Assembly (NCBI RefSeq): GCF_001194135.2
Contig: NC_069001.1
Coordinates: forward strand, 16,239,053 to 16,283,040
Reading direction: 5' to 3'
Length of the DNA stretch: 43,988 nt
Origin: Octopus bimaculoides
Lineage: Eukaryota
In this document: positions 22,350-34,320 of the stretch, in pieces
Numbering within the stretch: the stretch's first letter is position 1
Layout: every line of letters starts with the position of its first letter
Program-made: the position numbers and the translations under genes
Notes under the pieces: model-generated
The model's database searches: none
The model's input: the letters and a program-made list of their open reading frames with translations, nothing else
What the model was told of the DNA's origin: nothing

Positions 22350-22870
22350 TGTCCTCCTAGGTTTGGCCTCTGCATTTGTGAGCTTCACAAATGCTGCTGT
22401 GGATCCACTGTAGATTCTTTCAGCCTCCATCTATTGTCATGCCATTATAGTGGTGGCTACCTTTCATACCATGCTGCCCTCAACAAGACCATAAAGGCTT
22501 CTCTTCCCACAGGAGATGGTAAAAGGCCAGATGGCATGACAATTTTCCCATTCCACAGTAGTAGGCCACTCATCTGGGATGCTACATGCAGTGACTCGTT
22601 CTCCAGTGACAACCTGGTGTGTCTGGTTGCCAGCCCAGCTTTGCTGCTCATCAAGAAGAGAAGGGCAAACTGTCAAAGTAACAGACGTTCTCTGACAGAT
22701 TTGTGGTCGAGCCCATGACAGTGGCCTCCAGACTACATCCTTTGCTCACTGCTATTGGAGCAGAGATGACTATTTGCAAGTGTGAGACCTGTGAGTAAAA
22801 GTGGCTGTGCCAGCATGTTTTCCTCACCATCCTCTGGGGCAACACATTTTCCATTTTGTCTGCTGGGACC
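22350..22870 (+). mobile_element. 3' end of a CRE/SLACS-type non-LTR retrotransposon (zinc knuckle plus restriction-like endonuclease), decayed
   Basis: RFGLCICELHKCCCGSTVDSFSLHLLSCHYSGGYLSYHAALNKTIK..GDGKRPDGMTIFPFHSSRPLIWDATCSDSF, then frameshifted ..EEKGK..FVVEPM..GNTFSILSAG: a CCHC knuckle plus the RPD..WD nuclease motif. Confidence 0.88.
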
Positions 22871-23074
22871 ATGAGGCAAATGACAAGTCTTTTTAGTTAT
22901 AGCTGTTGTGTCTCTTAAGGCCACATATAGCCTCTTAAATTATCTAGAGCACCAAAAACCATAATTTCTATAACTTTATTCACATTTAGGATTTTTTTTT
23001 ACCACAGAAGAAAGGTAAATTTGATCTCAGCTGTATTTGAATTCAGAAAGGAAAGTGATCTGACTAAATTTTTT

Positions 23075-23545
23075 ATTCATTTGTTTCAGTCATTGGACTG
23101 TGGCCATGCTGGGGCACCACTTTGATTGAACAAATTGTCCCCAGTACTTATTCTTTCTAAAGTCTGGTACTTATTTTATTTATGTCATTTGCTAAACAGC
23201 TAAGTTACAGGGACATAAACAAACCAACACTGGTTATCAAATGGCGTGGGGACACAAAGACATATGAGTGCACCTCCCTCCTACACAGAGCTTCAACAGG
23301 TTTCCACCACAGTTTCTTATTTCTTTATTGCCCACAAGGGGCTAAAGATAGAGGGGACAAACAAGGGTAGACAAAGGGATTAAGTTGATTACATTGACCC
23401 CAGTGTGTAACTGGTACTTAATTTATTAACCCTGAAAGGATGAAAGGCAAAGTCGACCGTGGCGGAATTTGAACATAATGGCAGACAAAATACCGCTAAG
23501 CATTTTGCCCAGCATGCTAATGTTTCTGCCAGCTCACTGCTTCCA
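23075..23545 (-). mobile_element. Family A tail fragment followed by a family B SINE
   Basis: cagtcattggactgtggccatgctgggg.. and ..gaaaggatgaaaggcaaagtcgaccgtggcggaatttgaac. Confidence 0.75.
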
Positions 23546-24494
23546 CCACAGTTTCTGCCCACCAAATTCACTCACAAAGCATTTGTTGGCAAGTTGTGAC
23601 CATTCCATTTATTTAAGAACATCTAGGACCACCTTATCTAAAGTGTACTTGTCTCTTTTCTTTTCTCTCTCTCTCTATTTTTTTTTTTTTGTTTTGGATA
23701 TGGTTTGCCACAAGGAAATTTCATAGTAAAGTGGAGACTAACTAAATGTAGTAAACCAAGAAATTTATAATAATTTAATTTTTTTTATGGTTTTGCTTGA
23801 GAAGGGGTTGCACACCCTCCAAGATCTACTCAAGTAAATGTTTGTGAAAAAAATACAGTTGAAAGGAAATTCCAATGAGGTGACACCCTGGGGAAAAAAA
23901 ATCATGTTAGATTAAGGAAATCTTGCACTCATACACACAAAAACAGGAATATTTTTTTATAGGAAACAACTTAAAAAACCCCATTTGGGGCGGGAACATG
24001 ATCTTTAAAATAAGATCAGTTTATCAGTTAAAACAAACAGCTTGTTGATGTCAGTAGATACATTTGTAACTTTAAAATCAAGAAATGGTAGTAGTAGTAG
24101 GACAACATTACTGTAGAAACTTCCTATCAGAACCACTTCTTTTCACTTTGTACTGCAATTTTCTTTCACTTCTTTTAGATGTTTTCTGTGAGGTCATTGA
24201 GGTACCACTGATAAGGTATCGCAGATTTTTATAACTTTGTCTGCAGACCATCCCCTTTCGAGTTATTTTACCATTTTATAGCCAGTCAGAAAAGAAAATT
24301 GTTTAAAAAATCCACTAAGTTTAGCTTGATGCAAAAGGAAAGCAAAAAAAGGGGGTAATGGAAGTAAAACTATTTTGTCCCAAGGTAATAAGTCAGAAAC
24401 AAGTGATGAGATAGAAAATCTCATAACTTTACAAGATGAGTAATTAGACCACATATCCATTTACCAAATAACTTACACACCTGACCATTTACTA

Positions 24495-25165
24495 CAACTA
24501 TCTATAAAGAAACGGACCCTGTTCAAAACGGGGGCACCAGTATCTTCTTAACGAAACACTTTGAAACTTGGGACACTGGTAGAATGTGTCATATAAAACA
24601 TCTTTTTCTCTTAGTCTTCTTAACAAAAAAACGTACATCGCAAGTTATTTCATGTTAAAGTTGTCGTATTTCTGTAATTTCAACCAATGACTGACGTCCA
24701 TTCAGCCGAATACAGTAAGTGCTGACTACGTAAACAAACGATTCTCAAACGATTCTGGCGGTGATAAAATTATTATTTCCTTGTCAAAAAATGGCTGAAG
24801 CATATTGGCAGTAGGGTTAGGGTTAGGGTTATGGTAAAGCAGTAGCTAATAAACCTTTCATACAGTTCAGGCAGATGTTAACGAAATAAACACGCGTGAA
24901 AGAAAATGAAAAAAGCAAATGTTGTACACATACAGTTCAGGCAGATGTTAACGAAATTATAAATGGAGATTAAATACGCTTTACACCGCTTAAACTGCCA
25001 AAGGAATAAATGTAAACAGCTGAATACTTGTCAGTGATTGGTTGAAATTATCGAAATAAGACAATTTTTTACATGAAATAAATTCGAATACAAAAATTTT
25101 TTTCTGTTCTGTAACACAAAATAGATAAGTATACGAAGTTTGAAAGTCTTTCTACAGCATATGTG
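24495..25165. mobile_element. Non-autonomous DNA element with ~70 bp internal inverted arms, central (TTAGGG)3 and a 29-bp direct repeat
   Basis: Arm at about 24645-24712 pairs with about 25018-25085; tagggttagggttagggtta at 24812-24831; catacagttcaggcagatgttaacgaaat occurs twice; outer ends uncertain. Confidence 0.6.
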
Positions 25166-26084
25166 CAGTGTGTGTGTGTGTGTGTGTGCGTGCGTGTGTG
25201 CGTGCGTGCGTGCGTGCGTGCGTGTGCGTAAAACAAAACAGGAAACTGGAAATATTTTGGTATCATTTATTCATCATTACACATGTTTCATTTGCTAATA
25301 GGGGTTTCAAAGTTTTCATGTTAAAAAGGCAAGTAAGGAATTCCCTATTAGAAATTCTCAGACAGATAAATTAAATAATGCATATTATCATAATTTTATT
25401 TCTAAGTTCTAATAAGAAATTACATGCATTTCTAACAAGTTAAACTTTGTAACAGTAAATAAATAATACCAAAACATTTCCAATTTTCTGTTTTGTTACA
25501 CAATAACCCTGCAAATGATATTTCCATAATGTTCATTGTAATACGTATTTGGGCCAACCTACAGCAGCAACCAAGACTATATATTGGATTGCAATAATGG
25601 AATAAGCAGATGTGCTTCAAGAGGAAACAGCTAGGAATTACCCAAACATTATATATATGTAACTGTAACTGCTAGAAAAAGCAGGGAAGTCCTCTTTGTC
25701 CCCATCCTGTTTTTGCTATATATTTTTTTAATGGTAACATTCAGTGATTTAGTCCTAGATGCACTGTCCCTGAAAAAAAAAACTCAGAATGTCTTTTATA
25801 GTAAGTCCACTTGATGAGGGCTGACCAAGGTCTAAATAGTTTCAATAAAAATCCTTATATAGAGGATCTGATGTATGTAACTTTAGAAAAAGTTTTGATC
25901 CACTGAAAATATCATCAACATCGTCGTCGTTTAATGTCTGCTTTCTATACTGGCAAAATCTCCCTCGACAGGTGGTTAAGAAATCTAAACAAGGCAAAAA
26001 GGTAAAAAAACAGGAAAATCCTAAGCTCAATTGATTGAAGATTTTGGACATAATAGGCAATACAGATTGGGGCGGATCTTGTCT

Positions 26085-26313
26085 TTAATCTTTCAGCAAT
26101 CAGATTATTCTGTCAAATGCAATGCCTATCAATTCAAATTGTTTTGAATTAATCATTCATTATTGCATAGCTTTGAGATTTCAATGATGTGATATTCTAT
26201 TTTTCAGAATGACATTCAAGGTTGAGTGTGAGAGGCTGGATGTGGCCAGTTTGAACGTAAAACAAGTGGAATATTTGGGCCGGATATGGATAGTTTAGAT
26301 GCTAAAGGATTAA
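26085..26313. mobile_element. TTAA-flanked MITE family 2 copy
   Basis: ttaa..cagattattctgtcaaatgc...gctaaaggattaa; homologous to 3679-4350 and, in reverse, to 40636-40838. Confidence 0.7.
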
Positions 26314-27059
26314 AGTAAATTGATGATTACAATACGCATGTTTCCTCAGCAAAGTATGCTTTACTCAATTGGCAAGAATAAGAGTGATCGTGCATGTTTA
26401 TGCATACATGCACAAACACGTATGTAAGAGGGAATGCAGTGAGGATTATGAACATGATCGAGAGAAAATCTGGAGTGGTGTGTGAGGAGGGGGACACTCT
26501 ACAAACTAAATGCAGATACAGATGGGTCGAATTCCAAGTAATGAGCAAATAAAACCTTCCTCTAGAGGTGTCTAAAATCTAAAAACAATAAACACTTTTT
26601 ATATCAAAGAATAGATGGTCTCACTTGGGTTGCTATGAAAATGTTTAAATACTTTCCCTGATCATCAAATCTTGGTTATCTTTTAAAACTATAGCAATTC
26701 AGTCTATATTACACAACTATTTTATTATTTTCAGCTTCCTGCCTTGCCTTAGAGAGAGAAAATTTTCCATGATGCATATAAAACTGGCTGAGTATTTGAC
26801 TAATTTTTTCTCATCAGCTAACTAAGGGGATAAGGTAGTGTTCAAACTAGCCAAATTGGCATTGTGTCCACGGTCAATATCCTAAATATTCCACACAGCC
26901 AATCCCCCCAGCTGGAAATAGCAATAAAATCCTTTACTGTTTCATTCCATTCCACTGTTTTATTGGAAAATTACAGCAAGAACAGATACTTCTGCCAGCA
27001 ATTTGTGAAATGATAAAGAAAATTTATGTTGATTATATATATATATATATATATATATA

Positions 27060-27399
27060 TACTCTTTTCTCTTTTACTTGTTTCAGTCATTTGACTGTGG
27101 CCATGCTGGAGCACTGCCTTTAGTCAAGCAAATCGACCCCAAGACTTATTCTTTGTAAGCCTAGTACTTATTCTATCGGTCTCTTTTGCTGAACCGCTAA
27201 GTTACGGGGACGTAAACACACCACCATCGGTTGTCAAGCGATGTTGGAGGCACAAACACAGACATACAAACATATACACACACATACATATANNNNNNNN
27301 NNNNNNNNNNNNNNNNNNNNNNNNNNNNNNNNNNNNNNNNNNNNNNNNNNNNNNNNNNNNNNNNNNNNNNNNNNNNNNNNNNNNNNNNNNNNNNNNATA

Positions 27400-27435
<36 letters not shown>

Positions 27436-27590
27436 CGACAGGCTTCTTTCAGTTTCCATCTACCAATCCACTTACAAGGCTTTGGTTGGCCCAAGGCTAT
27501 AGTAGAAGACACTTGCCCAAGGTGCCACGCAGTGGGAATGAACCCGGAACCATGTGGTTGGTAAGCAAGTTACTTACCACACAGCCACTC
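27060..27590 (-). mobile_element. SINE family A, young full-length copy with an N gap in its microsatellite
   Basis: Tail, body and head (..aagcaagttacttaccacacagccactc) all present. Confidence 0.9.
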
Positions 27591-27789
27591 ATCTTTTTTA
27601 TCTTTTACAGGTTCCAGTCACTGGACTGTGACCATTCAAAGGCAGCACCTTAAAGGGTTTAGTTTGGTGATTCTTAACTAATGGACCCTTTTTTATTCCT
27701 ATTTTACTCTACTAGACCTCCATAGCCAGTCGATGTATATAAAAAGAATTCTGTATTTATATAATTAAACATTATTAGGAATTGTCTCT

Positions 27790-28200
27790 ATCTTCTACTT
27801 GCTTCAGTCACGAGACAGCGGCCATGCTGGAGTACTGCCTTGAAGAATTTTTAGTCAAATGAATCAACCCTAGTACTCTTTCCTTCTTCTTTTGGTTAAG
27901 CCTGGTATTTATTCTGTTGGTCTCTTTTACTGAACTGCTAAGTTACAGGAACATAAACAAACACTAGTTGTCAAGTGGTGGTGGGGGACAAACACATACA
28001 CAAAGACACACACACATATTCATACATACATGCACACATATAACGGGCTTCTTTCAGTTTCTGTCTACCATATCCACTCACAAGACTTTAGTCGGCCCGA
28101 GACTATAGTAGAAGACACTTGCCTAAGGTGTCATGCAAGGGACTGAACCCAAAACCATGTGTTTGGGAAGCAAGTTTCTTATCACACAGCCACACCTGTA
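27790..28200 (-). mobile_element. SINE family A, full length
   Basis: Matches 27060-27590. Confidence 0.85.
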
Positions 28201-28334
28201 TAAAGAAAATTAAAATACTTTGTGTATCACAGAAGTATAAACAATTTATTACACATAAATTTTGACAAGGAAACCTTATATCGGCCCCTAAGAACCATAT
28301 GGACCCTGGTTGAGAATCCCTGCTTTTGTCAAAC

Positions 28335-28453
28335 AAATCAACCCTGGTACTTATTTATTTACATCTGGTACTTGTTCCATCTGTCCCTTTTGCTGAGGCA
28401 ATAAGTTATGGGGAAATAAACAAACCAAGACTGGTTGCCAAACAATAGGGAGT

Positions 28454-28550
<97 letters not shown>

Positions 28551-28590
28551 ACACACACACACAACACACACACAAACACAAACACAGACA
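28335..28590 (-). repeat. Family A fragment with a long (CA)n tract
   Basis: ggtacttatttattt..aaacaaaccaagactggttg then about 110 bp of (CA)n. Confidence 0.75.
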
Positions 28591-28977
28591 CGTGTGTGTG
28601 TGTGAAGCTTGTTTGCTTACATGTAATTTAATTCAGTTGGCTAACTCTTATGAACAAACCAGTATTTATTCTTGTAGAAGACATAATCAGAACAGACTGA
28701 CTAAAATTAACACAACCAACACATTAACAGCTCTGTGTTTTATGTTCTTCTCATCAAATCTACCATTTATACCTCATATTCTGATAATTCTCATAAATAT
28801 TTTAACTCAATCTAAAATAAACACAAACAACTGAACCATTAATGCTTCCCATGAAGATATTTCTCAGGAAATACACAGCCTTTGTCTTACAATTTCATTT
28901 TGAAAACGATCTTTTATTCTTTACTTGTCTGTCATTGAACTGCAGCCATGCTGGAGCACCACCTTGAAGGTTTAATC

Positions 28978-29111
28978 CAAGCATGGGCAACCTTTCTCAA
29001 ATCAAGCAGGCCACATGAGACATGGGCCAACATCAGCTGGGCCACATTACTAAATAAAGATAATTTAAGGTAATCTTTCATTACTGGTGTGCCATACTTT
29101 GCCCATGACAG
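28978..29111. mobile_element. hAT-like MITE inserted into a family A SINE (about 28910-29270)
   Basis: TIRs caagcatgggcaa / ttgcccatgacag; 8-bp flanks gtttaatc (28970-28977) and gttcagtc (29112-29119). Confidence 0.75.
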
Positions 29112-29298
29112 GTTCAGTCAAACAAACCAACCCCAGTACTTGGTTTTTTTAATAGTCTGGTACTTATTCTATTGGTCACTTTTTTGCCAAACAGTTAAGT
29201 GTCAGGGATATAAACAAACCAACATCTGTAGTTAAGCAGTAGGGTGGAAAACACAAAGACAAACATACATACACTACACATACCAATATATATATATA

Positions 29299-29395
29299 GC
29301 CTGGTGTAGCCATCCGGTTGCACCAGTCCTCAGTCAAATCGTCCAACCCATGCTAGCATGGAAAGCGGACGTTAAACGATGACGATGATGATGAT
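29299..29395 (+). mobile_element. 5'-truncated family C copy inside (TA)n
   Basis: gcctggtgtagccatccgg..ccaacccatgctagcatggaaagcggacgttaaacg(atg)n. Confidence 0.85.
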
Positions 29396-30654
29396 ATATA
29401 TATATTTATATATATTTATATATATATATATATATATATACAAATATATTATCTGAAATATATAGTATTACATATCCATCACGGCTGATCTTACCAATCG
29501 GTTTTGCTGGAGGAATACAGTGGAGTGTTAGGTAACAATCTGATTATATAACTTTACGCTCATCAGAGTTAGCCAATATGGAAGGGAATATAGTTACTGT
29601 TGTCTATTGTCAGAGCTGGAATAACACAACTTGTCAGCAGCTGCTGTGAAAAAGGGTGATGAAACAAAAAAGGGTCTGAGGATTAGGTTAGGAATTATGT
29701 CCTGAGGTTAGGTATGCTGGGAGACTGGTAAGAGTTATCTTAAAGCACTTGTGGGGTAAGTGTGCATTATTATGTGTGGTGCTATTGTGAGAATGGGGTG
29801 TGTGATATGTGTAGTGGTGTCACATGCATAATTTTTTCCAGGGTTGTAGGTATATATGGCTGTGTTCATTGGTCCGTTTTCTTTCTGTAAAGGATAAGGT
29901 CGGGGGGGGGGGAGATGTTAGCATGTAGTGTGTAATGTGTGTGCGGGGGGGTCTTTATATGTGTGGAGGTACAAATTGAAGGGGTATACACTGGAGGTGG
30001 TGGGGGACAGTCTACTTTGTGGGGTGTCTGCCTTATAAGGTGTGCATGTGTATGCATAGGCGCACTGGTGTATGCTTTGGTCAAACTCTTTGTCAGGCCT
30101 AAGGGCATTGGTGGAAGGTTGATGCCAGGACCCTGTGGTTGCAGTCATGTTGGGGGTGTGCAGGTACAATGAAATGTACTTCCTTTCGTGTGGGCAGCAA
30201 TTAAACATTATGATCACGACAGTCTGACAAAAAGTAGTGTCAAACTCTAAGTAACAGAGCTTTAATAAAAAGTATATGCACACACACATTTACATACAAC
30301 AGGCTTCAACACAGTTTCCATTTACCAAATTCACTCACAAGGCATTGCTCAGGTTGGGGCTAAAGTAAAAGACATTTGCTCAAAGTGCTGTGCAGAGGGA
30401 TTGAACCTAAAACATTGTAGTAGCAAAGTAAACTTAACTATAGGGCAATAGATTTAAGTAAGATAACATTTTCATTGTTAAAATGGTATTTTCTAGTTCT
30501 TTATGTTTTTAATTCAGGTCCCTTCATGGCCTATGTTGCTTTTCAGCCTTTTAAGGTTGATGAAATAAAGTTCCAGTGAAGTACTGGGGTTGATGACATC
30601 AGCTAATTACCTCCCTTCAAAATTGCTGGCGTTGTGCCTAAATTAGAAACCATT

Positions 30655-31045
30655 ATTTAGACTTTAGCATTTAAACCAGCCCCACACAGCCAAAACATCC
30701 TCCTTGCTCTATGTTCAAACTGGTCAAATCCAGCCTCTCACAACTTCCCTGCAATGTTATTCTAAAAGCAAACAATCACATCATTGAAACCTCAAAACTA
30801 TGAGATAACAGATGATTAATTCAAAGTCATATGAATTAATAAGCACTACATCTGACAGAGTAACCTGAATGCCAAAGGGTTATTTAGCACAAAAGTTAAA
30901 AATTTCTTGTATAAAATGTTGATGGAAGGTTTTAATTTAAATATGTACACTATTAGAAGTTTTTCTAAGAAAGAATCAGAGGTGGTCTTAAGTAGGTTGG
31001 TATGAAAAAGATTAAATACTTTTTCGGTAGTCAAGCCTTTCATAT
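30655..31045. mobile_element. MITE family 2 copy followed by a family 1 fragment
   Basis: tttagcatttaaaccagcc...gccaaagggtta then aaatgttgatggaaggttttaattt.. Confidence 0.6.
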
Positions 31046-31703
31046 CTTATCTTTTAAAAGTATTGCAGCTCAGGTTTCTTGATCTTGTACAAATGATACA
31101 TGCTTCTTACGCTTAGTCTATCTTACACAACTAATTCATTATTTTCAGCTTCCTACTTTTGTCTTAGAGAAGATTTACAAAAATTTCAATGTTGAACACA
31201 TAACTAGCTGAGCATTCAATTAATTCTCATTCATTGAATGACTAACGAGATAAGGTAGCATTGAACAAGCCAATAGTTTGCTGGTTCAGATATTGCTTTT
31301 GGCAGTGATTTCTATTCATTGGTGGCACATTTATTCAATTCACCCTGTACTCCAAGCTGGATATAGGTACTGCAAGGTAGATATGACTTATTGCTCCAAA
31401 CAGTGTAGGGAGCACTGTTAATTTGATGAGTGATTTGTGAGTTTGCAATGCTGAGTTCAATTTCTCAAGTGGAAGCAAAAGCTACTTGCAATAAGCCAGT
31501 GTCTTATCAACAGGTAGATTGATCTAACCCTAGTAAAGGAAAATCAGAGATAAGCAGCACCAGGCCACTGGTGGATCACTGATTTTCAAAGAAAGACTAA
31601 ATTTTAATAATTAAATTTTTATGCTGTTTACTTTCCTATAGTCACAGCAACATTTCTTTTCTTTGCTCTTCACTAGCAAGAGTGAGGAACAGATGAAGAA
31701 CAG

Positions 31704-31825
31704 AGGCCTAAATTCAAATGGCAGCACCACCTCTAATCTCTGTTTCTCACTCTCAGACAAAGAGTAAAGGCCCAAATTCAAATGACAGTACCATGTCCTT
31801 CCTCTCAGTTTCTCGCTCTCACACA
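31704..31825. repeat. Imperfect ~62-bp tandem duplication
   Basis: aggcctaaattcaaatggcagcacca..tttctcactctca versus aggcccaaattcaaatgacagtacca..tttctcgctctca. Confidence 0.7.
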
Positions 31826-31899
31826 AGGCGCAAAGAGCTAAGGTCAGGTGACATTACATTTTCTCTGTTCTTCACGAAGAAGCAAACCCTATAACACTT

Positions 31900-32085
31900 G
31901 ACTCCATCGTTATTCACAGCAATTGAACTCATCAATCTTTCTCGTTGACTGATTGTTGCCAACGGAAAGCATCACTGGTTCCATTGGATCACAGATTTCC
32001 AGATTCCCACCTTATTTTACAGTATTTTAACTCTCGACAGCCTCATCTACTTCGTCTTTCAAACAGTTGCAATTTGAGTTACAGA
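31900..32085 (-). mobile_element. Possible very old LINE RT N-terminal remnant
   Basis: One frame with stops, CLKDEVDEAVES*NTVK*GGNLEICDPMEPVMLSVG..RKIDEFN, loosely like the RTE il..EV..Av..lk.gK..G.D.i..eml motif. Confidence 0.3.
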
Positions 32086-32972
32086 AAGAAGGAGGAAGGG
32101 TCTGGTTTTGTTTTTTTTCTTTCTTGTCCTCTTCATACTTAAATAACCTCACAGCACCAGCAGTGGCATTGAAACTAGAATTGGAGATAATTCTTATTTT
32201 ATTTTATTTTATTTTATTTCTTTCACATTGTACTAAAGAGACAACTAATAACATGGTTTGGTATGCTGACATACTAAGAATTAATTGTCTCTGTAATTGT
32301 TATGGAGGCTAGTGCATATAGAGAAGAGTTAGTCATTAAATAGATCTAGCAGTCCACTCGTTGACAAGTTGGCATGTAGTTTGAGCTGAGATTAGAAAAG
32401 ACACCTGTGATTGCAAGAAAACAATTTAATAATGGCAGTGAATGAGTAACAGAAACTGCAGACATGAATTACCTATGACATTTTAAACTTTTTTCTCTTT
32501 TTCCTTTCCCTTTTTCTTTCTTTTTCTTTGTGCCACCAATTTGGTGTAGTAAAAACAGCAATTTCAAAGAGAAGGAGCTTTCTTTTGAAAGAATATATTT
32601 AAGATAATTTCACCTCCTTTCTCTTCTTCTACTGTCATAGCTATTTGAAACAAAGTCTTATTAACAATTCCTCTAACCTACATTTCTTTCCCTACATTTA
32701 TATAGTTGATATTTGACTTATTCTAAACGGTTCAAGAACTCACAACGGACACTTAATAGCATTTCAGAAATTGCAAAATATTCTTTTCTTTGTTTTATTT
32801 TGTTTTAAGTCTTTTTCCCAAAAAGAAACAGAGATCAAAATGACATAACAAAGTTTAACAATTTTTGGCCTAAATCAATATAAGGAATTCTTTATTGATA
32901 AAAGGTATGTAAGGTCTCTGGATCATATCACCTGCCAAATAAGTACAACCCCAGAGCACCACACACACACGC

Positions 32973-33009
<37 letters not shown>

Positions 33010-33109
33010 NNNNNNNNNNNNNNNNNNNNNNNNNNNNNNNNNNNNNNNNNNNNNNNNNNNNNNNNNNNNNNNNNNNNNNNNNNNNNNNNNNNNNNNNNNN
33101 NNNNNNNNN

Positions 33110-33129
<20 letters not shown>

Positions 33130-33154
<25 letters not shown>

Positions 33155-33830
33155 GCTGTGACTTTGTGTTAAGAAGCATGCTTCTCAACCATATGGGTCT
33201 GGGTTTAGTTCTGCTGTGTAGCATTTTGGGTAAGTGTCTTCTACTATAGCTTCAGGCTGACCAAAGCCTTGTGAGAAGATTTGGGCAACAGAAACTGAAA
33301 GAAGCTCATTCAGATATATATACATACATATATATATTTATATACATATATATATGTATGTATGTATGTATATGTATATATAAAGATATGGATATTAGCG
33401 TCAAAGCTCTTATTTAAATTTTTGATATATAACCAAGGAGATCGATCCATAAGGAGTTTACTATAGACCTTTGTGGAGAAATTTATGCTATTTTGGTAAC
33501 GATTACATGTTTTATCTCACCAATATATTGTGTAGATATCATTATATGAGCACATATATGTGTGTGTGTGTATATATATGTATGTATGTATGTATGGATG
33601 TATGTATGTATGCATGTATGTTTGTCATTGTGTCTGTATTTGTCCCCCACCACCACTTGACAACCAGTGTTAATGTATTTACATCCTTGTAACCTTGCAG
33701 TTTGGCAAAAGAGACTGATAGAATAAGTATTAGGCTTTAAAAAATAAGTTTTGGGGTCGATTTGTTCAACTAAAACCCTTCAAAGCAGGTCTCAGCATGG
33801 CTACAGTCAAATGACTGAAATGAGTGTAAG
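33130..33830 (+). mobile_element. SINE family A with about 170 bp of extra sequence inside its microsatellite
   Basis: Head at 33130-33310, extra sequence at about 33380-33550, body and tail at 33600-33830. Confidence 0.75.
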
Positions 33831-33839
33831 GCATAAACA

Positions 33840-34320
33840 CAGAGTGCGATGGGTAAATTGTCACCATTTTATATTTTAAATTTTATGCATGTGCATTGTT
33901 TTGTATTTTGTCGACTACACAGTATAGCACGGTCAGTTCGGCACCGTCTGTGAAAAAAACAGCACCATGATGCAGTTCACTCAGCCAGAAACTTGGAAAC
34001 GATATGCTATACTGCTTGGCATTCGTGCCAGAAGCTCCAATACAAACATTTTATATTGAGTGTTTGGATGTTAATCTGAGGACATACACTGAGAGTGATA
34101 AAAATCAAACATCCAGTCAACATCATGGTGTTTGGAGTGGTCACTAGTAATCGCGACATTATGGAGGCTGTGGTTGAAGTCAATGGTGATTTTATTGAAT
34201 CAATTTTCTCTTTAGTATTTCAAAATATTTTTATGTAAGTTTGGTAAATATATTTAAAATGAGATGTCAGTGTTATTTTCATTTTTGTGTAATTTAGACG
34301 GCAGTTTATTCACTGAATAC
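33840..34320 (+). mobile_element. Internally deleted Tc1/mariner-superfamily element (maT/DD37D-like)
   Basis: 5' TIR-like cagagtgcgatgggtaaattgtcacc; 34095-34202 reads VIKIKHPVNIMVFGVVTSNRDIM fused to EAVVEVNGDFIES (first-Asp-region strand joined to the transposase C-terminus); degenerate 3' TIR. Confidence 0.75.

Noticed and set aside
24179-24215. Exon-like DVFCEVIEVPLIR after a strong acceptor; similarly VVKKSKQGKK at 25972-26001 and KHGIFSKVGQSWY at about 14460-14500 (-)
   Set aside because: Splice-like signals are frequent in such pyrimidine-rich DNA and no consistent multi-exon frame could be assembled.
24812-24831. (TTAGGG)3 as evidence of a telomere or chromosome fusion
   Set aside because: Only three units, embedded in a transposon-like element.
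25805-25852. ttgatgagggctgaccaaggtctaaatagtttcaataaa, a possible relic hammerhead/Penelope end
   Set aside because: Both core boxes are mutated (TTGATGA, TAAA) and stems I and III cannot be drawn.
29545-29580. CTGATGAGCG on the minus strand
   Set aside because: No stem II followed by GAAA, so not a hammerhead.
29866-30289. Overlapping 77-123 aa ORFs
   Set aside because: Largely GT-rich low-complexity sequence with no recognisable motif; ORFs on both strands reflect stop-codon-poor composition.
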